Source: an uncultured virus (IMG/VR IMGVR_UViG_3300034072_002247) (taxonomy: Duplodnaviria > Heunggongvirae > Uroviricota > Caudoviricetes). Taken from it: 64,000 bases of DNA. The stretch is from the IMG/VR virus record IMGVR_UViG_3300034072_002247; one strand, written 5' to 3'. The position numbers were made by a program, and so were the translations under genes. Under the pieces are notes generated by a model. It worked only from the letters and a program-made list of their open reading frames with translations, was not told the DNA's origin and made no database searches. Positions 18,519 through 28,188 of this stretch are shown one piece after another. Positions within the stretch are counted from its first letter, which is position 1. Every line of letters starts with the position of its first letter.

Positions 18519-19604
18519 TTAAAATAGTTTTTTCATAAAACTTTTTATTATAGACACTTCTTTAGGTGTTTCTTTAGATGATAAATTCATATTTTTATTT
18601 AGTTTTTCATCTATTAATATTTTTATTTTTTCTCGTTCTTTTAAATTATCTTCATTTATAAGCTTTATTATTTCAAAAGCTTTATTCCAGTCTTCTACTT
18701 TGTTAATAACTGTATTTATAATATTTCTATTTTCAAATTTTGATCCTTTCATAAGGAGGGTATCTGCAAAAATATCATTATTTAAATCTATATTTGGAAT
18801 TCTTCTTACACTATCAATTTCTATTATATTATTATTTAATTTGGCTTTATTTTTGATTTCTTTAAATATTCTTGTTGCTACATTTTGTTTTCTAAAATCT
18901 TCTCTAACTTTAATATAATTGATTGATTTTATTTTTGAAGAGTTTATATAGTTGCTATTTTGAATAGTAGCAAAACCTATTATTTCTTTTTCACTATGAG
19001 CAACTGTTATATAGTCAGATTCTTTTGCTAATGGTAATAATAAATCTAAATCTATCTCTGCCAAATGATTTTCAAGGTCTTTTTCATTTTTTAACCCTAT
19101 TAAACTTATTATTTTATCTGGATTTTTTTTATAATTTATAGTTTCTATATTTATTATATTTTTTTCTTTTAAATTTAAAGATCTTTTTATTATATCTTTT
19201 TCAAATATTATTTTATATTCTTTTATTTCTTTTAATTTTGAAATTATTAAATTATATTCATCTGAAACTTTATATCCGTTTATAGTTTGAAATTTATTGT
19301 TTTCATCTAAATTTTCTTTAAATATACCATCTAACTTATTTCTTCCATTTATATTTATTTGAATTAAATTTAAAAAACCATTTTCGTTTTTTGTCCTTAT
19401 TAATTCTACTTTATATTTATTTTCAAAATAATATGAATTTAAAATATCTTTTATTAATCCATTTAATATATAACTATACTTACTTACTTCTTCTTTTTTT
19501 ATTTCATAAACAGACTTAATTTCAGAATCAAAAACTTCTAAAACATCTTTTTTTATTTTTTCTAAATTCATTATTTTTTTTATTGTTATAATATTATTAT
19601 ACAT
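18519..19604 (-). CDS. GNAT-fold protein
   Basis: IIGFA...YIKVREDFRKQNVATRIF (motif A); start probably at the second Met. Confidence 0.65.
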   Translation of the reverse strand: MYNNIITIKKIMNLEKIKKDVLEVFDSEIKSVYEIKKEEVSKYSYILNGLIKDILNSYYFENKYKVELIRTKNENGFLNLIQININGRNKLDGIFKENLDENNKFQTINGYKVSDEYNLIISKLKEIKEYKIIFEKDIIKRSLNLKEKNIINIETINYKKNPDKIISLIGLKNEKDLENHLAEIDLDLLLPLAKESDYITVAHSEKEIIGFATIQNSNYINSSKIKSINYIKVREDFRKQNVATRIFKEIKNKAKLNNNIIEIDSVRRIPNIDLNNDIFADTLLMKGSKFENRNIINTVINKVEDWNKAFEIIKLINEDNLKEREKIKILIDEKLNKNMNLSSKETPKEVSIIKSFMKKLF

Positions 19605-19939
19605 TAAATTAAAATAAATAAAATATTATTATGCTATTTTTTATCATTAAAAAAACTTAACTTATTGATTTATATATATTTTTATATTTAAATACATAAA
19701 AAAAAGACCATTATATGGTCTTTTATTAAAGTTTTCTAAAATTTTAATATTTTTCTTCTTTCTTTGTTTCGTATTCCGTATAATTAAATGGAATCATTGA
19801 ATTAATAATCATTATTAAAAAATCCAACAAAACGTTATTTTCTATTACTTTTTTCATAAAAACTCCTAATGCTAAGTATTTAAATATTATCATTGTATAA
19901 TAATATTGTCAAGTATTTTAAACATAATAATAATTTTTA

Positions 19940-20521
19940 CTATTTATATGCAAAAGAATAAAAGAAACTGTTAAAAATACTATACACTTCTACATCGCAT
20001 TCACTAACAACAATTTCTTTTTCTACTTTAGACGGAGTTACTATTTCATAAACTAAATTTCCAGTTTTCTCTTCAAAAACCTGTTCATATTCATATCCTG
20101 AATCAGTAAAAACATTCCATATATATTCGCTTTTGAAATTTTTAGTTATTTTCTTATTATTGTAAGCTTTTAGAAAGTTTTTATTATAAATTTTTTTATC
20201 AACCATCTTAAAATTTATATATCTATTTTTTTCATTATCATAAATATATATTTTTTTAAAATCATGTTGTTTACAAAGAAATTGATTACATATTTTACAA
20301 GGATAAGTGTCGCATTTTTCAAATAATTCTTTATTATTTTTTATAAAATAAGCAGTTTTGTTTTCATTTCTTTTAAAATTTTCTATTTTTTCTTTGTCAT
20401 ATTTTAAATATTTTACATATCCACTTTCACAAGAATATGTATCTATAGATCCATTATTATTAATGAAAGTAGTACAGCCTGAAATTATTGTTAAACTTAT
20501 TATTAATATTAAATTTTTCAT
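19940..20521 (-). CDS. lipoprotein
   Basis: MKNLILIISLTIISGC lipobox. Confidence 0.7.
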   Translation of the reverse strand: MKNLILIISLTIISGCTTFINNNGSIDTYSCESGYVKYLKYDKEKIENFKRNENKTAYFIKNNKELFEKCDTYPCKICNQFLCKQHDFKKIYIYDNEKNRYINFKMVDKKIYNKNFLKAYNNKKITKNFKSEYIWNVFTDSGYEYEQVFEEKTGNLVYEIVTPSKVEKEIVVSECDVEVYSIFNSFFYSFAYK

Positions 20522-20584
20522 TTTTGTTTATTATTATTATAGTTATTATTTTATATTAAAAAACAAAAAACTCAATTTAAAAAA

Positions 20585-21046
20585 TTAATAAATTATATCA
20601 ATTATTGAAATTTCACTTTTTTTAATTTCTTTTTCATGTTCTATTTTTTTCAAAGACTTAACAACTTTTAAATTTTCTTCTTGAATTTTTAAATATACAT
20701 ATTCATTTCCATTATTAGCATCTAATTCATATGGAAAATAGGTTTCTTTTTCTATTTTAAAATTATTTTCAATTAATTTATCTTTATATTTTTTTATTAT
20801 TTCATTTGAAAATTTTTCTTTATATTCGCTAGTTCCTTTAATTGAATAATCAATTGATACTTTTGAAATTATAGTTTTATCTAATTCTAAAGATACTTTA
20901 AATGATTCATTGTCAATTAACTTTTCTGTTACTAATCCAAATCCTATATCTATAAACTCAGAACCTAACTTATACTCTTCGAATATACTTTTAGCATGAG
21001 CATTATTAATTAAAAAAAACAATATAAATACAATAAATTTTTTCAT
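20585..21046 (-). CDS. secreted hypothetical protein
   Basis: MKKFIVFILFFLINNAHA signal peptide. Confidence 0.7.
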   Translation of the reverse strand: MKKFIVFILFFLINNAHAKSIFEEYKLGSEFIDIGFGLVTEKLIDNESFKVSLELDKTIISKVSIDYSIKGTSEYKEKFSNEIIKKYKDKLIENNFKIEKETYFPYELDANNGNEYVYLKIQEENLKVVKSLKKIEHEKEIKKSEISIIDIIY

Positions 21047-21149
21047 TTTTCACCTTTAAATTAAAATCATAATATTAAACTTTAAATTAAAAAAAGTCAA
21101 TTTGTGTTTTAATATTTTTTAATATATAATAACCTTCAAGGAGATATAT

Positions 21150-21917
21150 ATGATAAAAAAAATTTACAAAAGAAAGGCTGACAAAGTTCAAGAAGATTAT
21201 TTAAATAAAAACAATATTGAAAAAATAACTTTTTTTACTGGTGCTGGAATATCTAAAGAAAGTGGTTTATCAACTTTTAGAGATGAAGATGGTTTATGGA
21301 ATAATTATTCAATTAATGAAATAGCAACAGCAGATGCTTTAAAACATAATTTCGAAGTTGTTAATAAGTTTTATAATGAAAGAAGACAAGAAATTATAAA
21401 AGCTAATCCAAATAATGCTCATTTAGCTATAAAAGATTTTTCAAATAAATATAATGTATCAATTATAACTCAAAATGTTGATGATTTACACGAACGTGCT
21501 GGTTCTGAAAACATTATTCATCTTCATGGCGAAATAATGAAGTCAAGACCGATAGCAAATTCAAAAATATTTTATCCACAAAAAAATGATATTAAAATTG
21601 GAGATAGATGTATAGTAACTAACTCTCAATTAAGACCACATATAGTATTATTTGGAGAAAATCTTGATGAAGAACTTTATAATAAAGCAAAAAAAGAAAT
21701 TAGACAATCTTCTATTGTTGTAGTTATAGGTACATCATTACAAGTTAATCCAGCAAACTATCTTGTTACTGAAGCAAGCTTTAAATCTAAATTATTTATT
21801 ATAGATCCTAATCATATTGAATTAAGCTATATTCAAAAGTTTTACTCTGAAGTAGTTCATATAAAAGAAGTTGCTAGTAAAGGTATTGAGCAATTAAAAT
21901 CAATTATATTATTTTAA
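21150..21917 (+). CDS. cobB: Sir2/CobB-family NAD-dependent deacylase
   Basis: GAGISKESG.STFR, TQNVDDLHERAG, HGE, RPHIVLFGE, GTSLQV. Confidence 0.9.
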   Translation: MIKKIYKRKADKVQEDYLNKNNIEKITFFTGAGISKESGLSTFRDEDGLWNNYSINEIATADALKHNFEVVNKFYNERRQEIIKANPNNAHLAIKDFSNKYNVSIITQNVDDLHERAGSENIIHLHGEIMKSRPIANSKIFYPQKNDIKIGDRCIVTNSQLRPHIVLFGENLDEELYNKAKKEIRQSSIVVVIGTSLQVNPANYLVTEASFKSKLFIIDPNHIELSYIQKFYSEVVHIKEVASKGIEQLKSIILF

Positions 21918-21984
21918 TATTTTGACAAATTTGCTTTATTTAATATATTGTTTAATATTAATTAATAAAGAGTAATATACAACT

Positions 21985-22707
21985 ATGAAATATAAATTGT
22001 TTTTAGCAGCTTTAATTTTATATTCAAATTTTTCATTTGCTGAAGGTAGACATTATGACATATATAATAATCAAGAGTTATCAAAAGAAATTATATATCT
22101 TATTACAAAAGCTAATTTAAATGACGAATCTGAGTTTAATAGACTTATTAAATATGTTCAAAAAAATTCAGAAAGAAAAAACAATATTTTAAATAGTCTT
22201 ATTTTATTTAAAACGGATGATAAAGAAGAAAAAAGAAAAATTCAAATTTTAATTTCTAAAATTGATTCTTCAGTTATAGATCTAAAAACTGATAAAGTTC
22301 CTAAAAATGGTGAATGGAGTGGTCAATCTGGACATTCAATTTTCTTTATTAATGATCATACAAGAGAATATAGTAGAGATGAAATAAAAGAAGTAGCACC
22401 AAATGGTATTCCATTTGAATATGGTTATCCTAATTTTTCTAGTTTTAGAATAGGAGAAGTTTTTAAATTAGAAAATCCAAGTGGAAGCATTGAACTTGAT
22501 TATGAAAAAATGGTTGATATTTTAATTACTAGAAAAATACTTTTTAATAACACTTTATTTACAAGTAGAGAACAAATGAGTGAATATTTATTTTTTTATA
22601 ATGCAAGATTTCATTATTCATTAAATGAAGATGGTTTAGAACTTATCCCAAATACAGTTTATTCAATTATAGATTATGAAATACCACATATATCAAAAAG
22701 AAAATAA
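21985..22707 (+). CDS. secreted protein with degenerate WHH-type HNH nuclease-like domain
   Basis: signal peptide; PKNGEWSG..G.S, GIPFEYGYPNFS, FHY....GLELIP resemble the WHH scaffold with catalytic His altered. Confidence 0.5.
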   Translation: MKYKLFLAALILYSNFSFAEGRHYDIYNNQELSKEIIYLITKANLNDESEFNRLIKYVQKNSERKNNILNSLILFKTDDKEEKRKIQILISKIDSSVIDLKTDKVPKNGEWSGQSGHSIFFINDHTREYSRDEIKEVAPNGIPFEYGYPNFSSFRIGEVFKLENPSGSIELDYEKMVDILITRKILFNNTLFTSREQMSEYLFFYNARFHYSLNEDGLELIPNTVYSIIDYEIPHISKRK

Positions 22708-22710
22708 GCG

Positions 22711-23115
22711 TTAAACGCTTATTTTTCTTAAATAGTTTTCAATAACTAATTTTATTTCTTCTTCATCTAAATCAAATAAGTATTTTATTCTATTATTTAA
22801 ATTTGTTTTTAACATTGTTACATATCTTTCAGAACCAAAATAACCATTAAAGATATTATATTCTTTTAATAAATAATCTTTCATTTCTTCAGATAAAAGA
22901 TATAATTCAAAGTAACTACTTCTATATTTTAAATTGTATTTTATAGGATTTTTACCTTCTTCATAATTACTATCAATAACTGTTGATATTGGATCTTTTC
23001 CACGAATTATTGCGTATATTATAAAATCTCTAAGATTTAAATCATTTAATGTTTTATATTTTTTTCTAAAATTAGTTGCTGCTTTTAGACCGATATTTGA
23101 TATTTTATTTTCCAT
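22711..23115 (-). CDS. hypothetical protein
   Basis: 134-aa ORF directly downstream of the HD gene. Confidence 0.6.
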   Translation of the reverse strand: MENKISNIGLKAATNFRKKYKTLNDLNLRDFIIYAIIRGKDPISTVIDSNYEEGKNPIKYNLKYRSSYFELYLLSEEMKDYLLKEYNIFNGYFGSERYVTMLKTNLNNRIKYLFDLDEEEIKLVIENYLRKISV

Positions 23116-23116
23116 T

Positions 23117-23701
23117 TTATTCTCCTTTATTTTCGTTTATTTTTTTACCAATTTTATTTATTTTCTTCCATTTAATTTTAAAACTATCGGAAGATATTCC
23201 ACCAAACATACTAGCATTACTATGTATTTCACACAGTCCAGTGATTAGTAATGTAATGTGATATGGTAATTTTTGAAATTCTTCAAGTTGATCTAATTTT
23301 AACAAATGAATATCCATATCATGAGCAATTAAATCACTCTGAAGTTTATTATTTGTAAGATTAAACCAAATTTTTGAAGAAATTTCTGCATGATTAGGAA
23401 AGTGTCTTTTACCTTCAGAATCAATTTCTAGACAGAATGGTTTTCCACAATCATGAAATATTTGATATATATTTATATCTTTTATATTTTCAAGATTTTC
23501 CCAAAGATTTTTATTATAAATCCAATCAGGAAGTTTCCATTCAAATTTTAGTGGTTGATTATTTAAGATGTGATTTCTTAAATCATGAAAATATTTATTT
23601 ACAGATATGCCATGATTTAAAATGCTTAAACCTTTAGTTTGTTCGCATTCTTTCATAGAATTTATTAAGTTTTTAAATTTTTCTTTATCAATTTACAACA
23701 T
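23117..23701 (-). CDS. HD-domain phosphohydrolase with in-frame TAA at codon 3
   Basis: HG, FHDCGKP, HFPNHA, HDM motifs; strong-SD ATG at 23701 is in frame with the track ORF (23656) but followed by TTG-TAA (23695-23693). Confidence 0.75.
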
Positions 23702-23714
23702 ATTATAATCTCCT
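23685..23714 (-). promoter_or_regulatory. start cassette AGGAGATTATAAtATG-TTG-TAA-ATT-GAT-AA, copy 1
   Basis: 29/30 nt identical to 25693-25722. Confidence 0.8.
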
Positions 23715-23744
23715 CTATTGGTTATTTATTATATCAAAGAATCA

Positions 23745-24491
23745 TTAATTTTTCAAAACTTTTTTTATTGAATTTATCAATTTATTTTTTTCTATAAAAT
23801 CATTTAAAGATATTTTATCAGAGCGCATATATTCTTCATAATTAAATTTTGCAAATTTTATTTCTAAAGTTTTAACACCATCTATTTCAACCATTTCTGA
23901 ATTATTAATTGAAATTTCATCTCCTTTAAAATGAATTTCAGATTCGTCGCAATTAAAAAAAGAATAAAGTTGAATTCTTCCTATAATTGAACCATAATCT
24001 TCAAATAATTTAATTTTTAAATCTTGGTCATTTACATATTTTAAAAATTTAACAACTTTTTCAATATCTTCAAAATTAATTTCATAGGTAGGATAAAAAT
24101 ATTTAGCTGATTCACTTTCAGTGTCCGTTTCAACGATAGATATATAAAATAAATCTTCCAATATTTCTGAATTTAAATTTACTCTTTCATTGTATATATG
24201 GTTAAGTTTTTTTATTTCTCTATTATTAAAATTAACCTTGCTATTAATTATATCTTTTATAACACTTTCGTTTATTATTATATATTTGTTTATTTCTCTA
24301 TTTTTATAACCTATACAATATTTATCTATAATAAATGAATGATCATTTATTTTTAATTCTAAATTATTTTTATGATAACTATAAGAATTAATTGTATTAG
24401 AATCAACATTTCTAAAAAAAACTACTGTTTTTGTTAATAATTCTAAATTTAAATTTTTAATAATTTCATTTTTCATAATTAATCTCTTCAA
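23745..24491 (-). CDS. hypothetical protein, partial paralog of 24466-25251
   Basis: YPTYEINF..IEKVVKFL vs YASTYEVNF..LENLVKFL. Confidence 0.65.
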   Translation of the reverse strand: MKRLIMKNEIIKNLNLELLTKTVVFFRNVDSNTINSYSYHKNNLELKINDHSFIIDKYCIGYKNREINKYIIINESVIKDIINSKVNFNNREIKKLNHIYNERVNLNSEILEDLFYISIVETDTESESAKYFYPTYEINFEDIEKVVKFLKYVNDQDLKIKLFEDYGSIIGRIQLYSFFNCDESEIHFKGDEISINNSEMVEIDGVKTLEIKFAKFNYEEYMRSDKISLNDFIEKNKLINSIKKVLKN

Positions 24492-25251
24492 TTATTTCAT
24501 TTATATTTTTAAATTTATAAATGTTTGATATTTCAATTACAATAGTGTTTTCATCAGAAAATGGAGTTTTATAAATAGCTATTTTTTCTAAATCAATGTC
24601 CAATTCAATATCTATATCTTCTTTTTTATAATAGCCTTCTATATTTCCATCTGGAACAACCGTGAAATATACATCTTCCAAATATATTTGGTTTAAAAAC
24701 TTAACTAAATTTTCTAAAACTTTAAAATTAACTTCATATGTTGAAGCATAAATGTCATAATCATTTTCAGATAATGCAACTTCTATTAAACTATCTATTG
24801 TTCTTTTTGAACAATATTTTAAATCATATAATAAACTTAATTTATGAAGTTCTTTATCATTATAAAATTCAAATTTATTATTAAATCTTATTTTAGATAA
24901 AACATAATCAGATATTACTATATCATAAGAAATAAAATCATTATAATAAGTAGTCATATTTTTTTCAAAAATTAATATATTAGTTATATTTATATCTTTC
25001 CATTCTAATATTAATTCACCTTCATATCCAAAAAATATATACAAATTTCTTTCAATATTTTTATTTTGCTTTATGAAAATTAAAGCTTTTTCTAATGATT
25101 TATAATTCATAGGATCTGCATTTTTACCATCCCAATTTTTTTCTATTTCTGATAATTCCACTAATCTATTATATTCTCTTTCATTTAAGTATTCATTGTA
25201 ATTACTAATTAAATCTAAAATTTCTTTATTCATTTTTTCACCTATATACAT
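24466..25251 (-). CDS. hypothetical protein
   Basis: 261-aa ORF with NWDGKNADP motif. Confidence 0.65.
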   Translation of the reverse strand: MYIGEKMNKEILDLISNYNEYLNEREYNRLVELSEIEKNWDGKNADPMNYKSLEKALIFIKQNKNIERNLYIFFGYEGELILEWKDINITNILIFEKNMTTYYNDFISYDIVISDYVLSKIRFNNKFEFYNDKELHKLSLLYDLKYCSKRTIDSLIEVALSENDYDIYASTYEVNFKVLENLVKFLNQIYLEDVYFTVVPDGNIEGYYKKEDIDIELDIDLEKIAIYKTPFSDENTIVIEISNIYKFKNINEIIEEINYEK

Positions 25252-25709
25252 TGAAATTTTTTGGTTATATGTTTTATATCTTCTTTTTTACAAGGACCGA
25301 TTCCTAAAGCAGTAATGATAGGTTTTCCATCAAAGTGTGGTGGTAATATATGACCTTGATCAACAATTAAAGCACAAGGAATGCCTTCAGATTTAGCCTG
25401 AATATATGCTTTTATTAAATGATCTTCATTTTTTGCTTTTAATGTAACTTTAGAACCACCAGATTGAGAATTTCTATAATTAGCAACATTTTCTGGATGT
25501 GTGTTTAAAGCATTCATTAATGAATCAGTGTATGCATGACCAGCCTGAGCAGATAGTTTTCCAGAAGGCATTTCTAGATCTGAACGAATGATTGCATATA
25601 TGTAATAGTGAGAGTCTTTAGAGTAATCTAAAGGTATTTTTTGAGTGTGAAGACGTATTAATTCTTCTTTTGATATTTTGCTTAAATCTATATTATCAAT
25701 TTACAACAT
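25242..25709 (-). CDS. pth2: peptidyl-tRNA hydrolase Pth2 with in-frame TAA at codon 3
   Basis: YIYAIIRSDLEMPSGKLSAQAGHA, KVTL, IVD, TALGIGP; the conserved first strand lies upstream of the track's Met (25571); the only upstream SD-ATG is 25709, followed by TTG-TAA. Confidence 0.85.
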
Positions 25710-25722
25710 TTTATAATCTCCT
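25693..25722 (-). promoter_or_regulatory. start cassette AGGAGATTATAAaATG-TTG-TAA-ATT-GAT-AA, copy 2
   Basis: 29/30 nt identical to 23685-23714. Confidence 0.8.
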
Positions 25723-25783
25723 TTTAGTTTTATGATTATTTACACTTCTATAATATAACAATACAAAATTATTTTGTCAACAA

Positions 25784-26446
25784 TTATTTAAATTCTTTAA
25801 AATCTTTACTATTAAATAACAATGAATATTTACATATATTCTTATATTTACTACAAAATTCATAACTTCTATTTCTACCTTGTCTATCAACAAGAATCCA
25901 GTCATAATCTAATAATGAATCATCACCATCATTGAAATCAATAAAGAAATAATATGTAGAATATTTTGAATAAGTATTACTAAATATTTCTGTATTATTT
26001 TCTTTAGGAACATACAATGTTATGTTTTTAGCCATATCATCATTTTTTATAAAATCTATAAACTCACAACTGATAAAATCTAAATTATTTTCTTCAGGTT
26101 TCAAAATTAATTGTGATTCTTTTCCACATTCTTTATTATTTGGATTTATAATATAATTTTTTGCATAATCTACTATATTTATATCTATTTTTTGTTCTGG
26201 ATGTTTATAACCATATGCTGTCTTTAACTCTAAAGATTCTATATATTTATTTATAAATATTCTGTTTATATTTTGACTATAATTTATATATCTCACTGTT
26301 AAATAAACTGAAATCAATGATACAGTTAAAATAAATAGACATATTATTATTATCCAAACTATTTTTGGTATTCTTTGATAAAAAGGTTCTTTTTGAACTT
26401 CTTCTTCATCATCTTCTCTTTCATCTACTCTAGCATTCCTTGCCAT
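25784..26446 (-). CDS. single-pass membrane protein
   Basis: hydrophobic IVWIIIICLFILTVSLISVYL. Confidence 0.7.
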   Translation of the reverse strand: MARNARVDEREDDEEEVQKEPFYQRIPKIVWIIIICLFILTVSLISVYLTVRYINYSQNINRIFINKYIESLELKTAYGYKHPEQKIDINIVDYAKNYIINPNNKECGKESQLILKPEENNLDFISCEFIDFIKNDDMAKNITLYVPKENNTEIFSNTYSKYSTYYFFIDFNDGDDSLLDYDWILVDRQGRNRSYEFCSKYKNICKYSLLFNSKDFKEFK

Positions 26447-26511
26447 ATTATAATAAATTTGTTGTTACTTAAAAATTACATTAAATAAAAGATATTTCAA
26501 CTCCATCTATC

Positions 26512-27288
26512 TTAAAATAAATATATTTTTAATAATTCCCTTGCTGAATCTGATTTTATTACTGATTCTAAATCAAAATGATTTTCTTTAAATAATTTAT
26601 AATCTTTTGCAAAAAAATAAAATATTTTATCTTCATTTGTTGCACAATAATCAGGAAAAACTATATTTTCAAATTTTGATATATATTTTTCTAATCTACT
26701 ATAGTTATATAATTTTAAATTATTTTTATGTTTAAATATCTCTATTTCAATATAACTCTTACTGTTTTTTAAATAATTTTTATTATATATTGATTGTAAA
26801 ATGTTTAATTCTTCTACTTTAAATATATTGTAAACTTTAAAACTTATTGAATTTATTTCATTAAAAAGAACATCTTTAAATTTTATGTTTAAAGATAATT
26901 TAAAATTAAATTTATTTTCATTTATAAATTCTGTAATATAATCTTTTATTACCCCATCTTTTAAATTACTTTTTTCAATATCAATAATTATTTTATTGTC
27001 AGTAAATAAAACCTTTTGTTCTAAACTACTTAAAAAATTATCATTAAATATTTTTTTTAATTCTTTATTGCTTAAAAAATTAGATCTAACATTTTTTAAG
27101 TAATCATCATATTCTTCATATTCTTCATCGCTTAAATCATTTTCAAATGAATAATCATAACATTTATAGCAACTATAGTCACAACAAGAATTATACTCTT
27201 CATCAAAATCATTTATTAAATTTTTTGTTGTATTTAAATTTCTTTTTTGAAATTTTTTATTTTTTATTTGACTTGATAACATTTTCAT
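26512..27288 (-). CDS. hypothetical protein, paralog of 27292-28032
   Basis: acidic Tyr/Asp N-terminus; FPDYCATNEDKIF vs YPEYCESNEEIF. Confidence 0.7.
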   Translation of the reverse strand: MKMLSSQIKNKKFQKRNLNTTKNLINDFDEEYNSCCDYSCYKCYDYSFENDLSDEEYEEYDDYLKNVRSNFLSNKELKKIFNDNFLSSLEQKVLFTDNKIIIDIEKSNLKDGVIKDYITEFINENKFNFKLSLNIKFKDVLFNEINSISFKVYNIFKVEELNILQSIYNKNYLKNSKSYIEIEIFKHKNNLKLYNYSRLEKYISKFENIVFPDYCATNEDKIFYFFAKDYKLFKENHFDLESVIKSDSARELLKIYLF

Positions 27289-27291
27289 ATT

Positions 27292-28032
27292 TTATCCAAA
27301 ATTATATAATTTAAATAAGCTATATATTTCACTATTTTTTATAATATCTTTAACGTAAAAATTATCTAATATTATTTCTTCATTGTTTATTTTTTTTATA
27401 TCAAAGGAAGTTTGTAAAAAATCATACATAAATATTTCTTCGTTACTTTCACAATATTCTGGATACTTATTAAATTTTCCAAATCTTCTTGTTAAAAAAT
27501 CTGTTGTACAATAATCTAAATTTCTATTTTTATTATATCTTTTATTAAAACTATAAAAATCTCTTATGTTCATTTTTTCTAAATGTAAAAATGGATTAAC
27601 CAATATTAAAGAAATTTTGCTTATTTTATTAAAATAAGAATTAGCATATACAAGTTTTAAACCTACATCTAAATTATATTTATTATTTTCTTCAAATGTG
27701 TTTAATATAAAATCTTCTTTATTGTTTATAAAGTCTTCTAATTTTATATCTAAATAGACATCTAATGTATCAATAGACACATCTCTATTATTTCTAATTC
27801 TTTCAATTGCTGAAGGTTTTAATATATTACTTAATATATTTAATGAATTGTAGAACTTTTCTACTATTTCTTTTTGATTGCAATATTCAAATAAATATTG
27901 ATAGGCATAATCACTATAATAATCATCATCATCGTAAAAATCATTATAATAATCATTATTTATATAATCATTATACTCTTTTAATATTTCATTTTTTAAC
28001 TTTCTTTTATTTACTTTATTTTTTTCAAACAT
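27292..28032 (-). CDS. hypothetical protein
   Basis: AGAGGA SD before MFEKNK (28032). Confidence 0.7.
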   Translation of the reverse strand: MFEKNKVNKRKLKNEILKEYNDYINNDYYNDFYDDDDYYSDYAYQYLFEYCNQKEIVEKFYNSLNILSNILKPSAIERIRNNRDVSIDTLDVYLDIKLEDFINNKEDFILNTFEENNKYNLDVGLKLVYANSYFNKISKISLILVNPFLHLEKMNIRDFYSFNKRYNKNRNLDYCTTDFLTRRFGKFNKYPEYCESNEEIFMYDFLQTSFDIKKINNEEIILDNFYVKDIIKNSEIYSLFKLYNFG

Positions 28033-28188
28033 AAAAAATCCTCTATTATATCCAAATAGATTATTATACATAATTAAAAATAAATTTTATTAAAATATGT
28101 ATTTTTTATTGGACTATTGGCTGAAAATTTTTTACATTTTTTTATTTCCTCTTTATTCGTAGTATAATATTTTAATTTTTTCTTTTTG

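Noticed and set aside
21150..21917. Sir2 anti-phage NADase (Thoeris/DSR type)
   Set aside because: Compact CobB-type deacylase with full canonical motifs and no defence partner genes.
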